A stretch of 64,000 bases of DNA, from NCBI GenBank assembly GCA_964304625.1, contig OZ199838.1, forward strand, positions 6,373,731 through 6,437,730. The letters run 5' to 3'. Under the pieces are notes generated by a model. It saw only the letters and a program-made list of their open reading frames with translations, did no database searches and was not told the origin of the DNA. The translations under genes were made by a program, and so were the position numbers. This document shows, in pieces, positions 42,150 through 56,495 of the stretch; the stretch's first letter is position 1; each line of letters opens with the position of its first letter. Origin of the DNA: Kudoa neothunni (taxonomy: Eukaryota > Animalia > Cnidaria).

Positions 42150-43085
42150 AAGCGACGTGACCAACAACTAACCAGTGTGTTTTTGAAAAACTACGCGTGC
42201 GCATCAAACACTTGATTAACTCTTAAATTCTTGAGCTAATTACGCAACAAACTGCTCAAATACTTGTAACGACCTTAGCGACAAATTAAAAGAAAAAAAA
42301 TTTAAAAAATCGTTAAGATTAGCAACTAGGTTATTTAAACACTCAAAAAACATTAGATGGGGATTAATTCCAGTTCAAATATGTACTATCATTGGGTTAT
42401 AAATAGAATTTTGAATATTCCTATGATTTAAATTGACGCTAAAAGTATATTGTTTATTGGATATATTTCTTAAGTTTTAATAATAACTTAATCTTATTTA
42501 GTTATTGATTAACTTTAATATTAGTCAAATGTATAAATTAATTTTTTTAAAATCTCAGAAATTTAAATAATTAAATATGACATATATGCTAATTTGGTTA
42601 CAAATTAGCTTCATCCTTCATGCCTAAGGCTATAAGAATTTTGATTAATGTTTATTTGTCAGACATTACAGGCAAATTTGTGTTTGTTCAAATTTCTTTG
42701 GTGGAATAATATTTTGGACCGAAAAATCGTAAAACTTATTCAGTGTTTAATTTTTTAAATTATGTCAAATTTATACATTAACAGGATATATTTAAAGGAG
42801 TAATTATGAGTAAAACTTACAAATAATTATAATTTGAAATGAAAACTTATTCATATCAATAGCTGAAAAGGGGAACAATAACCATTAATAGGTTAATTAT
42901 GATGTGCTAAACATACAGTCTAATATAGTGTGTAAAGTCAATAAAACAGTATTTTGGTCATGCGTATTCAAATACACATTAAATCCGATAGAGTTTATTA
43001 TCTATTTTATACAAAAACAACTGCTTAGAAAGGTGCGAATGATCAATTTTATAATACACTAAACACTAACAGGAATTTAAATAGT

Positions 43086-46000
43086 TTAAGAGTTTTCGAC
43101 GGAATTAGATGAACCAGCTAAACTGGTAAGAAAACGTAGAGTGTATAGGTTGTTAGTGCAGAGGTTGAGAGTCGTATCACGATGTCGTAGAAGTGGTTTT
43201 TGCAGAGTTCTCACTAAGTTTTGAATTTTTCCTTGGTGATCAGGAGATAACATCTTAAGAGTAGTGCCATAGAAAAGTAGGATAATACGCGCCCAATTGA
43301 AATATAACTCAATATTAGGCGAATGGCCATCGAGAAAGTATGCTACATGTTGGAGAAGTTTGTCGATATAGAACAGAGGTAAACTTTCCACAAGAGTGTC
43401 CACTAAAATTTAAACATAGATAAAAAACCTAAATTTCGCTAGGTACCATCATCGATGCAGATGCATTCCATAACTTGTTCAATTATTTTAATGTCGTTCA
43501 GTTTGACCGCATATATTAGAGCGGTTCCTTTGTCTTTTCCAGTCAACAATTTTTTAATACTTGAAATAGTGACATGTGTGTCCATATAGAACGGGTCAAA
43601 TAGATTGGTGGAATCAAGACTGTATATGAGAATGCCCTCAGAAGACACTGCTGAAAATGATCTTCCAGTGGGCGAGAATTTCACCGATTTGCAGCAGATT
43701 TCAGTTTTCATTTTACGAGACGACTTGTCTGCATCTTTTACTCCAGGTAGCTTGATTTTGTGAGAATCGTTGTCCTCTTCGCTTCCAGAATCATCAGCCG
43801 ATGCTAGCAAGTCTGTGGGGCCTGCTTCAGTGACAAATTTACTATTTAATTTTTCCTACACAAAAGTTCTTAGTTAGAACGAACATTAATTTCTAATCGA
43901 TGGATAGTTTTACTTGTGTGGCGTCCATGGATAAATTTTTGGAAAGTTGAAACCTTTTGGCTAAGCACTAAATCCGGATATCAAAAAAATCAAATAAATC
44001 CACTAAAAAATACCAAAGTCGATAAACTGTACAAACAAACATATTTCGACGAACCGCCTGCAATAAGATAACTACCGTCGGGCGAAATATCCAAACATGT
44101 AAAGTGCCTAAACATTAAAAATTTTGTGATTTATTCGTATCAGGTGAAAATAAAGTCATTTTATACTAACAAATCTAATTACTTATGCGGAGACGACGTT
44201 TCAGCTGTTATTCGATCGGTTGATTTTCGAGAAATACCAAGATCTTTACGTCCCTCAATGACACCAGTAATTTTGTCTTTTTTGGTGTTCCAAATAGTAA
44301 TATCTCCATTCAGCGTGGCCACAGCAACCATATTACCAAATGAACGAGCAGTCACTGCCACAACTATATCAGCTCATTAAATAATTAATACACACCGCCA
44401 CCAAATTTACCATCAGCACTGAGTGGTAAAGTCAGTTTAGGAGAAGCACTATCACAAATATTCCAAACCCTAACATGTTTATCCCACGATCCAGAAACCA
44501 ACTCAGATGTGTCTGGAAGAAAGCATAACGACGACACAACACTTTGATGTGTAGACACCACATCCAACAATTTCCCAGTAAGTACACTCCACACATGAAT
44601 GTCGAAATTGATGGTTGATGCAGCACACACCAATTCAGATGATCCATCTATGGCAACACAGCCGAATTGGGTGGGATGAAGCGATACAAAGGTCCTGAAA
44701 TTGCGATAACGATTCAAGTCAAACGCACGACAACTTCCATCCAACGAAGAAGTAACCACAAATTGATTGGTCGCACTTATCGTAATGCCAGTTACGGCGG
44801 AAGAGTGGTCTGGGAAAGTCACCAAACAAAATCCAGACGATGTGTTCCATATTTTAACCTGTCATAATACGAATGGAATTAGAGACATTTGATAAGCTAG
44901 CCAAATCTATAATACCTTGCCATCTTGACCACCAGTGATGAGATAACGACCATCCTGTGAGTAGGTCACAACATTTACATCATGAAAATGACTCTGTTGT
45001 TTCATCACATACGATTCACTTTTCCATTCCCATACTAGAAGTTGCCCGAGCGTTTTGCTGCCAAAGGCTAACCATTCTCCATTGGCGTTGATTGATACAG
45101 AGTCGATCTTATATTGAGAAATACTAAAAAATTATTAGAGTGTACATATTTAATTAATCGTGTTAATGTATTGGGGATCTTTTACATCCCAAACCTATTT
45201 TAATATAATTCCAAAATCCTACATCTTTAAACAAACAAGAGCTTTAACTACGTTACGCGATCAATATTAAAAATATACATAGGTTAAATAGTTATATCAT
45301 TTAGTGGAATTAAAGTAATAAAATATAGGATCAAACGGAGGGAAAGAACAAAACAATAATGTTATGAAATAAATTAACTTTTAAATAAAAAATATTTCAA
45401 TAAGATTGGTTATAAATGTTAAAAATAATTTGACTAATTTGTTTTTTACCGTAGAAACGATGTAGCAGTTCGGATGTTTAGAATAGGCTTAAATAAATTA
45501 ATGCCATTTTATAAAATTTAGCTGTTTGTAGTGAGATCACGCGATCGAAAATTATTTTGTACAGAAGATTATGACTTAATTAATCTTAATGACTACAATA
45601 TCGGAAAATTAAAAATAAAATTTAAAAATTAGCTAAAGTAAAAGACAGGGGACAGTATTAAAATATCAAAAATTTAATACTTCTAGGTGTATTTTGAAAG
45701 ACTAAAACTAAAAACTATAAAAAATAGAAAGTGAAAAAGCTATAGAACAACGAATATAAATCGAGGATTTTAAACTGGACATAATTAATGATTCTGCGAT
45801 TTTCGAATCGCATTTATTTAACCCACTCAACATTGATATTTTTTACACCTATATAATTGTTTAACAATATTAATAAAAGATACATAATTTTTTGATAATA
45901 TTAAAAAATATATAATTTAACGCCATCTTTCTAATATCATTATTATACAGCTATAAAATCGTATTATCATACAATTTCTACACAAGAGGTCATTGGAGTC

Positions 46001-49000
46001 AAGAAGCGACAAAATATTTATGTTATTTAATCAATTTCTAGATCGTCTTAGTATATGCTTAACTCTTGACGGCTAACCATTGGATTCGCGCGCTCACCTT
46101 TCTATTATTTTGCTGTAAAACCTGACATATTCCGTGTAATTTCGCCACACCTTTAACTAATTTTATTACGTCGATCGGTAGGTAGATAATGCTTTTTTAA
46201 AAATATAGATGAAATTCTGGTGAATATGCACAAAATATAACATGTTTAGCAACAACATTTATAAACAACATAATATAAAGATGGGCGCGGAAAGTTTTGA
46301 ATGGGGAATGGAAATTTTTAAACTTATAATGAATCGCTCTGGTGGGACACGTACAATTTTGAGAATGGTAGGAAACGGAACTTCTTTTTTGGAAAAAGTG
46401 AAGCGTGATACAAAAAAGGCTTAGAAACACTGCTTTAAGGGTTAACTAGCATTATCATGTTTGTAAATACCATAGAAAATATGGACCTAAAATTTTGTAG
46501 ATACATTGATTTAATGATTATTACTATTACACCTTTGGAGTAATAGAAATATAGAGTCCTTCTACATCGTTTAAAAACTGTATAAACTACAACTTTTTAA
46601 TTATATAATCATAAAAGGATCGATGCCTCTTCTGAAACAAATTAACAATTGGCAGACTATTGGCACGATAATATATAATTGTAAGAGGCGTGTACGTTTC
46701 CGCACTGAGAATTTTTAATCTTATCAACTCCTACTCACAAGCTGTAAATAGATTTAATTTTTTATAATCAGCTATATTCAGTTTTTTCTTTCCCCAAAAA
46801 TGCGAAGCGGTGGGTCTGAAATAATTAAATATAATCAAAACTAGTGTCACTTGAGTATTATTTACCTTGCCAACGGCCACTTACTTAAAAATTCGGTTGC
46901 GGTTTTAATACCCGCTAACCTCAACATAATGATATCAAGGCTTTTCTACTTGAAATTTACATATATCCTCCCACAATATGATTATCAAAATGCTGATTTT
47001 ATCGATTTGTAAATTATAAGATATAAAGACGAGTATCACAGGAACTGGTTATTGACACGGAAGTTTTTAATCCCAGCAACTCCTATTCATAGTTGATCTT
47101 TAATGTCAATTTTTCGGAATATGCTGTATTCAATTATTTTTGGCCCATCTCTATCGCTATTAGGGTCCGAAATAATTGAATACAGTCAAAACTATATCTA
47201 CCTGGATGTTATGATCCGTGCTAATAGCCAATTCTTTATCACAATCACCAATCTTTCGTGGAATTCTAATATTGTATTTATCTGACTATTAATATTTAAA
47301 TCATACTATTATTCTGTTATTTTCGGGAAATTATTAATTCTAAATATTAAACCTAGGTTTACTCATTAAATTCTAAGATTAATTAAAAATTTGAAATTTT
47401 CTGTTACTGAAAATGTTAAGAGCTTAAAAAATTCTCATACATTAGAAGAGTGACTGATCAACGAGGTCCAATACCTGTAAGCTAATTTTAACATGATTCA
47501 AGTGAAATAATGCTTCAAACTAAACAGCTTCAATGAATACTTAAACGATTTTCGATGGAGACCATTCATTTCTATAAATCCAAAACATTTTATGTAGTAT
47601 TTGAACCAAAATCTATTTTAAACAAATGCTTAAACATTATTCCAAAAAGCTTTGTTTAATTTATTTAAAATTATTATACCAAATAGATATTATATTTCAA
47701 AATATGAAGGAAAACATTTTATTCATAAATTAACAAACGAATCGATAACCTATCTTTCTTTAGTAAGACTCTAATCATTAATCCATGTAAGTACGGTCAT
47801 ATTCCGATTATCAGAAAATTTGGGCACCTAGCACTTTCGCTTGGAATATGGAAATTTCAGATAAACTAAATTAGATATGTGCTCATGTGCAAAGGAAAAA
47901 TTTGGGATTGTATATAAATTTTATTTCATAAATGTGCTATAGCTAATGATCTCTTATTTCCTGCCTTCTCTTAGACGCCCGCACAATTAATTAAAGTTAA
48001 AACTAAAAGTTATCACTAATTATTAAGTTTTTAACTCCCAATAAATTTGAATTTCAACCTTATTACTTATAGCTTACTGTGTGTATTAACTGAGCAAACT
48101 CAGTGATTAAAAATAGTTTCATACTTTATCTGCTGAAGCAAAGATACTGATGGCATCTCGTATAGGTTGAAAACACCATTGTTGAAACCGACCACCAACA
48201 ACTTGGTTTGGGGATGATACTCGCAACGAGAAACTCTTGCATTGTTTATACCAGTAAAGTATTGTCTAATTGTTAATGTGACATAGCTGAAAACTCAAAT
48301 CCATTAGACACTCACTTATTCGATCTTTTCCATTCACCAGAGAGTTGATTCGTTTGGTTATCAGCTGAAAAATAAGCATAAGAATTATTAAACAAATATT
48401 CGACAATACTTATTTCTCTCACATAATTCCATACAATCAATGTTCCATCTTTACTGATGGAATACATCTAACAATAGATGATAATATCGTAAACAGTAAA
48501 TAAATCACACAGTATACATTGTAATTTGTAGAATTTTCAAAAAATGTGCCAATAATAGCTGTTTTATGACCATGCAAGATGACATTGCCTTCCAAAACAG
48601 AGTTATCGAGAGAAAAAAATCTCACCGACATGTCCTTGGATCCAACAACCAACAGTCTATAAAATCATCAAATTAACACAATAATTTGATCAGAAAACAC
48701 ACTTGTTATCATTTGACCATTCAACAGTAGTGCAGTGGTTGAAGAACCCTCCAAATTTTCGAATTAGATTGAATGGGCGGAATTGCTTGAATAGTGAGGG
48801 GGTTTCGTAAATTTCAATCCTGATTCAACTGCTGCAGCAAACATTCTACCGACAATTTCAAAGATGAAAAATTGACGCAACAAAGTAGTCAATACTTTCC
48901 ATCATTGGAAAATTTGATAACTTTTACAGGCCATTTAAAGCGGAAGTAATGAATTGGCATTGAATTGTACAGACTGGAAACAATACATTGTCCATCTAAG

Positions 49001-49371
49001 TATGAAGAATATTAGTGTGTTCATCTCCGATCACTCAGCCACCTTCATCGACAGAAAACACAAGTCGATTGTCTGGCGAAACTGCAACACAAATCACATT
49101 TTTTCTTGTTTCTGTCAGAAGAGTGTGTGATTCGTATCTGTAAAAATACGGGAATTTTCATTAGTCGATGGTTAGAGAGATGAGAGAAAGCCTACTTCTT
49201 GAGATCAAACACTGATAATCGGTTTCCCACTGGACTTATCAGTTTGTCATCGCTTGTAAATTCTAGATTTCCCCCTCTGTATACTGTGCCATAAAGATTT
49301 GAAAACTAAGTATATTTAAGCAGTCAGAATGACGTTGCTGAGCTGGAGTGTACCTGAAAGTTAGTTTGCAT
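43086..49371 (-). CDS. PWP2: Periodic tryptophan protein 2 (Utp1), SSU processome, with one 3001-nt intron
   Basis: MQTNFQ|FSNLYGTVYRGGNLEF, LISPVGNR, LGQLLVWEWKSESYVMKQQSH, SLDGSCRAFDLNRYRNFRTF, VKFSPTGRSF and FDPFYMD, plus a Utp12-type C-terminal helical domain. Long intron 45124-48124. Confidence 0.96.
46270..46432 (-). mobile_element. Short relative of the hAT MITE at 31103
   Basis: Reverse complement CAGTGTTTCTAAGCCTTTTTTGTATC..CACTTTTTC..GTGTCCCACC resembles 31103-31170. Confidence 0.5.
46651..46884 (+). mobile_element. GG-terminal MITE, copy 4
   Basis: GGCAGACTATTGGCAC ... CAACGGCCACTTAC. 9-bp TSD TTAACAATT / TTAAAAATT. Confidence 0.75.
47041..47235 (+). mobile_element. GG-terminal MITE, copy 5
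   Basis: GGAACTGGTTATTGACAC ... TAATAGCCAATTC. Flanks GTATCACA / TTATCACA. Confidence 0.65.
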
Positions 49372-49386
49372 TTCATAAGAATTGTA

Positions 49387-49398
49387 CGCGCCTGCGCA
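49387..49398 (-). promoter_or_regulatory. NRF1-like motif TGCGCAGGCGCG, 15 nt upstream of the PWP2 ATG
   Basis: Close match to YGCGCAYGCGCR in strongly AT-rich DNA. Similar words lie upstream of ACO2, YARS1, UVSSA and the piggyBac ORF. Confidence 0.45.
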
Positions 49399-49478
49399 AA
49401 AGTAAAAAGAAAAACGTGTGTATTCAAACAACCAAATATTGGTAAAAAATTGAAAATTCAATTGTAAAGTCGATAAAA

Positions 49479-52400
49479 TTATTTGTTAATGCTAATGCCC
49501 ATAACAGAAGTCACTATATGGAAATGAAGAAGAATTGAAAAGAATATTTAATACCATTATTGATTTGAACATATTCTCTAAAGTACATAGTGATAGCGAG
49601 GGGTTGGCCAATCATAAGATTCAGCCAAAAAATCACATTTTTCAAGATACGATTGTGAATAGACTCAATAACAAAATGAAGCGGCACCTGAGTAGCCATG
49701 CCGAGGAAAGCCCAATAGGAGATTATTCCAAGGGTGGCACTTGCAATATACTAAATTCGGTCAAATATGTGGACAATAAAATAGTGACATTATACCTCAT
49801 GAAATAATGCACTGATTAAAAAAACACATGTTGAGGCAGTCATCTTGTGATAGCCTTTTTTAACCAATGGTACGTAAATGTGTCTACAGAATTGATAATT
49901 AGAATGTGCATTGGAAATATTAAAAAGATTTTTTTTGTAAATATGCCACCTTTTACAAAACCTATATATTGGAATATTCCAATTCTTCCAAAAATATGGA
50001 ACCGAACAAGCATTCCACCAGTCTCGATAAAATTCTCTATCGCCAAAATACATCAACTCAGCCCAAGCATTCAGTGTTGAGTGAAACATTGCGTAAAAGA
50101 ACATCAACCACATAATAAAGTTAGGGCTCTAAATGATGTTGATTTATTAAATTTGTCTAACGCAGGTTACTACTTACACTAATCAATATAATATCTTCAA
50201 TTGTTCTCAGCATTCGAGGTCTCACATTATCACTCTTAATTTATTATTATCTTTATTGCACATAAGTGATTGTGAAGGTAGTTAATCGATTTTCCATTCT
50301 TAAACATAAACTTGAGTGTATTTATGAGACATTAACCGCTGTGTTTGATTTGACTACAAACTTTTCTACTAATGAGCGATTAAATCAAGCTTACTACCCT
50401 TGTTTTGTACGTATGTTACTGGGGATTTGATTAATATTAGAATGCATTTTAAATTATAATTTTAACTGAGTATTAATTATATAGTGAAAATATTAAATAA
50501 TGTGAAATTATAAAGTCAAAAAGAATATATATTTATATTTATTAAAAGAGAGTTGAAAAACGGTATAAAACTAAACAATAACATTATTTGTTTGTGATTT
50601 TTATTTTAATGCAAATTTTTCTGGTTAAAACGAGGGTCGCTATTACTGATCTTTAGTTTTTAATTACAAATTGACCATTTTATTTAGTATTAACATAATT
50701 TTCTAATTTTTTCTTTACTGTATCAAATCTGTTTGAGCATTTAAAAGGACTAAAGACATATTCTGCAGTATAGTGATGAAATAATGGAATAAAAGTTAGG
50801 CTTTTCCATAAATTCTTCCAATAGCTGGATATCTATGATTTTAATTATATTGAAATAAAAAATGATAAAATACAATAAATTAGTATTATTTGAATAGAAT
50901 AATAATATTTCATTGACGAAAATATCTTTACCACGTTTTAAATATAAATTTAATATTTTTACCTATAAATTGACAGTCTTTTCAAGACAACACAATGTAA
51001 TTCTAATTTCTATATATATATATACGTACGAAATTTCCTGCAGCATTTGAGATGCCAAAATAAGCGAATTTAGACACATAGGTTAAAATTAGTTAGTCCC
51101 GCTTGATTTAACAAAAAAGTGAGCTTAGGAGATTAGTATTTTTAATCATGCTACTTTTAATATCTCCCATTACGTATGGTATTTTTATAATTTATCATCT
51201 ATTCGTATTATCTCAAGGTTATATTAATTTTGTGCTTAAACGGTAAAAAAATCGTGATTTTTGCATGTAAGTTCACGTGACTACCACCAATTCTTTATTT
51301 TAGACTAGCGCGAACTGCCCAGCGTTGCTTGGGGAAGATTCCGCCTAGAGACGTTTTTTAATAGCATTCAAAAAATATATTGAAGTTTCGGATTAACCCA
51401 TAGAAACAAAATAACTAAAAAATTTTTAAGAATCATACTTTAACAAGTTGGATTTTGAAATTTAAATTCTAATTATTTCTTTGAAGGAGTGTTCCAATCC
51501 CGGCGTTCATTTAAAAATTTCGTGGCTCGGCACCAACGCTAAATAATTTAAGGTCAGCGGTGTATTTTGTTCATTACCAAATTATTTAAATCCCGTTAAA
51601 GTGTTATCTAAAGCTTTATTTTTTGGCCAGGAGATTTTTAAAAGTCGAATTCTGGCCCCACTCGGGAACTGTGTGCACCACTAACTTTTTAAGATATAAA
51701 AAAATGGAAAAAATAATAGGGATAGAAGAAAACATATGAAAATTGGTTGATATCGCTAAAATTAGTATCGCTTGACCCGGCATAAACATTAATGCACTTT
51801 ACCCAAACAAACAGCTAAACATCCCATCAATATAACATAAATAATTTGTATAATTAGATGAAATAAGAGTACAAACATCTGCATTGAATTTAACCACTGA
51901 AGGTTCAACATAGCGGACGATTTCAATGAAATCCACGGACCTAGCGCTTGCATTATAATGCTTAGATCTGTCCTATTATAGCATTCTCTACCAATTTACT
52001 ATTAACGCTGCAAATATAGACTTTTTCTCATATTTTAAAATATACTTATCAAGTCATATACGTTGAAACTCCCGACAAAAGAAATGTATATGCGCAACCC
52101 CCAAATATACACGCCAACATTATATAAAAAAGTCAGATAGCAGCATTTAATCAACATTTGATTAAATGTATATAATGGGGAAAATTAACTTCAACTGGCC
52201 ATCAATAGGTCATAAAGTGTTAATCCTATTGTTGAACTCAAGTAATCCGCCAAACAAACTTTGAATTGACAAAATCACCATTTTCTAAACACTTCTGGGA
52301 ACATTTGGTAGCGTGAAAACGATTTAATGATTTTTTGAAACATTTAGAATTTTTCAAGTTTTGTATATGTCTCTTATACCCCATAAGGAGAAAAATTTAG

Positions 52401-55400
52401 TAACGAATGGTCACCTGTGGGCACACACAGACGGACAAAGGATTATATATTATATATAAATATATAGATATATGTATATATATAGATTATTATGAAATAT
52501 GTAAAGTTCTTTATTTGCAATAAATAATCGGTTTGTATTGTTGATAAATTAAATTACATTTAAAGCAATCAAAAGTGCATTCGTAATAAAATAAAAATAA
52601 ATCGAATAAATTTAGGCTTAAAATACAACATTCTTGTAAAAAGATTCTTAATTAAATTATTTAACATATTGTATAGATTTAAGCTTAATAAAAATATAAG
52701 ATGTATATATACAAAACATAATAAAAAATTAGACCTCATTCACCGTGCATAATCACAAAAGTGGTAAAATTGCGGAAAATCGGCTAACTACTGCATTTAT
52801 TAATATCGTTTATTTTGATTGCAATTGTTATTATTATGATAAATTGTTTATTACCACGTGATCGTACTTCTTGAATAAAAACGGAACAATAGTCTACACG
52901 AAAGTAACAAACCTTATATAGCAGATGGGCTTACCTGCTGAAATATAGCCAGCATCATTCCATTTAGAACCAACTATGAATAATTTATTCAAAAGGTATT
53001 AAAAATAGCATTACTATCTCAGCAAAACGTTTAACAAGAAATGTAGGCCTGATACGAGGGGTTTTAGGAAAATCAGTTTCATAACAAAATGTGGGAAGCC
53101 ATAAAAAATAAAATAGATCTAAAAGATGTATAAATAATAATACGACCATCAAAATGCAACAACTTTGAATGGTAAGATTGTTGGGATATTCTACAGATTG
53201 TGTGTTAGTCGAAATGCTTTCTATTGATTAGTTATAACAGGAATTTTTTTAAAAACCGAATATTTACTAAATGATTTTTTCTCTACTCTCAACCAAGAAT
53301 TCACTTCATGATAAGAATAAAGCTTCAAGAGAATAGAGATATACAAACACATTTGCACAGATGCTATCACTAATAAAAAATAATATAAACGCTACTTTTA
53401 AGACTCCAAGCAACATACATGGGTCCAATATTTGATCATTTACATGAAATATTGGATAGACCAAAAGAACTGACAGATTTATTGTTTGTAATGCTCTTCC
53501 AAGTGTTTCGGTTATGGCTTTCTATTAGAATACATATTAGCAGAAAAAAAATTGTTTCAAAAATATTTTACAATCGCTGAGTACAATAAGATGTAAATGT
53601 ATATGTAATAAAATCAATTAGATCATTATTAATCTCTTAATATGAGTTACATTGTATTAAATTATGTAAACACAGTAAAAATAGTAACAATTAGAATAAG
53701 TAAAAAAATTATTGTAAGAAAAAACAATAAAATATTCTAAATATCAAAAAATTGATTTAAATTTATCAAATTAAAGTAAAAATATAAAATCAACCTGCTC
53801 AATTAATTCTAATATGAAAAGTATTCTATTTATTATTTTCTCATAAGCACAATATTCTTGCAATACTGACGATCAACAAGTATTTTCTACTATACTTACA
53901 TCCCATACACATATGATAAATATAAATAAAATTTATCCTGTTATTATTTGAATAGGTCTAAAAATTCCATTGTCAAACTAAATAATTAAAATAGAGACCA
54001 TACAAATCACAGTTGTAGAGAGATTATCGGCATGTTATAAATGAAAATTTCAAGTAACCCAACCTATGTAATTAAATCCTTAGATGATCAGGAATAGTCA
54101 CACGAGTAAAACTTTGAAGTTCATGAGCTCAATCAGGTATTTAAAATCATAAGGCGTGATAACAATTAAGCTAAAAGTGACACATTATAACACCGAGATT
54201 AATAAAAAAATAATATATATTGATTCGAGCAAAACGCATTTTCAATAATTCACAATTTAAAAATATTTCTTATTATAATGAAGCAAAAAACTATCAAATA
54301 ACATATCCATATTTAAACGGTACTGGCTATTGACACAGATATTTTTAATCCTAAATATTATTCGCGCAAATGCGGTGGCAATTTTTAATCTTAAGAACCC
54401 CTATACACTACTGATACGTGGTTTATTTTCTAAACTATGTTATATGCAATTATTTATATTTAATGGGTAGATACTATTATTTTGAAACATTTTATAACTG
54501 AGTGAAATAATGATGGGTATCTAATTGAGTTTTAATGCGAACCCTGAGATATCTACATCAGTCATTTAGCGATGCTAATTTTTGGTGACTCGATAATAAG
54601 AGTACGCAACTGCAAATTGTGATATACTCTTTGATGGTTTATTAAATGAGGGAATCAAACCAATTAATTTATATTTTAAAAATCCTCTGATCAATAAAAT
54701 AATATATTCCATTCTCATTAAATAATGGGCTATTTGTGCTTATAATTCTATTTTTTGATTCGTAGCATGAAGTGTATCATTATTATCATCACAACAATGT
54801 TATCTCCTAGCAAAATACTTATTGATTACTTCCCCAGAGGTTGATCACTAAATAATCCTAACAGCCAAACGGAACCCTTCAGTACGAACGTAAAAAAAGA
54901 TTGTTACATTTCAAGTGATAACTTAACATTTTTTTAATCAAATCAAACGACTTAAGCTATCTTATACTTATTGTATAAATACCAATTCATTATAGTTACA
55001 TTTCAATAAAACAACAGATATATAGCCTAATAAAGCGCAATATTTAAGTATATATTGATAAAATTTTTCCTTTATAATTTTATCATTCTCTGCCACAAAC
55101 TTAAATTTAGAAATACCGAAACTTTAAATTCTGTTATTCCTCCTTATATACCAAAAAAATCGAATATATGAAAATTTAGATCACGAATGACCCTGGTTGA
55201 TGCCCGAAAGGGTTACTATGATACGAATAGGACATCAACTGATTTTCGTCTCTGAAAAGTTCTAATTTTGTTAATGCAATACGTAAAAATCTCACTGAAA
55301 CAAATAAAACTTATCATTATATTATTTTTAAGTTAAAAAAGATTACTTTCAAGGGAAACCAAATGTTAATAAAATTATAATAGGTAAAACACAAAGTAAG

Positions 55401-56495
55401 GTTCAATTCTAAAATGATCACACATTTATTTTCTACTGATATTAGGCGAAATTTTACGTCAAATCACTTATTTTAAGGTTAGCATAAAAATTTAATGCAC
55501 GGATAGAACCGTAGTGTGTATTACTAACTTTCAACAGTGAACACAGGGATTTTATTGTAGATAGGCAATATTCAAACGATCGGATTAAATTTATAAAGTG
55601 AATATTGCCATGGAAACAGTATTCAAGAGGCTTGGTTTTCAACACAGTTTATTGTTTTCAATTGAATAATTCTTCACATTGGCAAAAAAAATAATTTAAC
55701 AATGCAACAGAGTTTACAAAATGGAAAGCTGAACGCAATAGCATTACAACAGGAGATTATCAGGATTAAAAAGCAGACCGCGCAGTTGGGTGGTTAATTT
55801 AGGATTAAATTATCGCATGTCATTGCCTACGCTTCATTTTAATTGATGTCATTAACAAATACATTTTTTAGAATTTTAAAGTTATACAATTTATATTAGG
55901 AGGTAAAAATAAAACAACTTACTCGATATAAAAGTATTTCAGTATAAAAAGAGATCATGCCAAATATTGCCAATACTAACGTGTTTACGTAGAGAAAACA
56001 AGCCAAACAACCTGAAATACTTGTAATTGTTTGTAGTAATATTTTGAGGTAGTTGGGGAAAAAAGGATTGATATAGAATATGTCAACAAGTATTCCATCT
56101 CTACAACCGATTCGCTTATCATGACGCATCCACTCACAATATCATTACCTTGATATAGTCATCATTAACATGCGGAAATTCGACAATATCTAATACATGG
56201 AATAACCAAATAAAATCCGAAGAAATAAACAATATTACCAATAACAACACACACATATTCACCAAACCGAAAAATCCAATATTGGCTTGTTCATTTGACA
56301 ATAATGAGATTTTGTGAAAATGTACTCTAAGTTCGTTCTTGTATGCAAACATGCTCCAAGCTATTTTGTTTACCTGTTCAACAGATTGTTGTTATTGTTT
56401 TCATCTTGTTTATCGGAATTGTGAGTAGGTTCTAATCTACTCTCATCTATGCGAAGTGATTTCGACATGTAACGATAGAAATTTTTCTTGGTCAT
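49479..56495 (-). CDS. DGAT1: Diacylglycerol O-acyltransferase 1 (MBOAT), multi-exon with long introns
   Basis: SLLS...[66 protein letters not shown] (catalytic His) and [14 protein letters not shown]. The last exon and some middle exons are tentative. Confidence 0.9.
51305..52486 (-). mobile_element. Non-autonomous Helitron in a DGAT1 intron
   Basis: On the minus strand: 5' A|TCTATATATA..., 3' hairpin CCCAAGC-AAC-GCTGGG, 9-nt spacer, then CTAG|T. Inserted between A and T with no TSD. Confidence 0.8.

Noticed and set aside
51009-51308. Second, plus-strand Helitron starting TCTATATATA at 51009
   Set aside because: No hairpin upstream of a CTAG on that strand.
54870-55216. Possible piggyBac MITE (AACCCTTC ... 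GAAAGGGTTA)
   Set aside because: No intact TTAA pair and the TIR match is too short.
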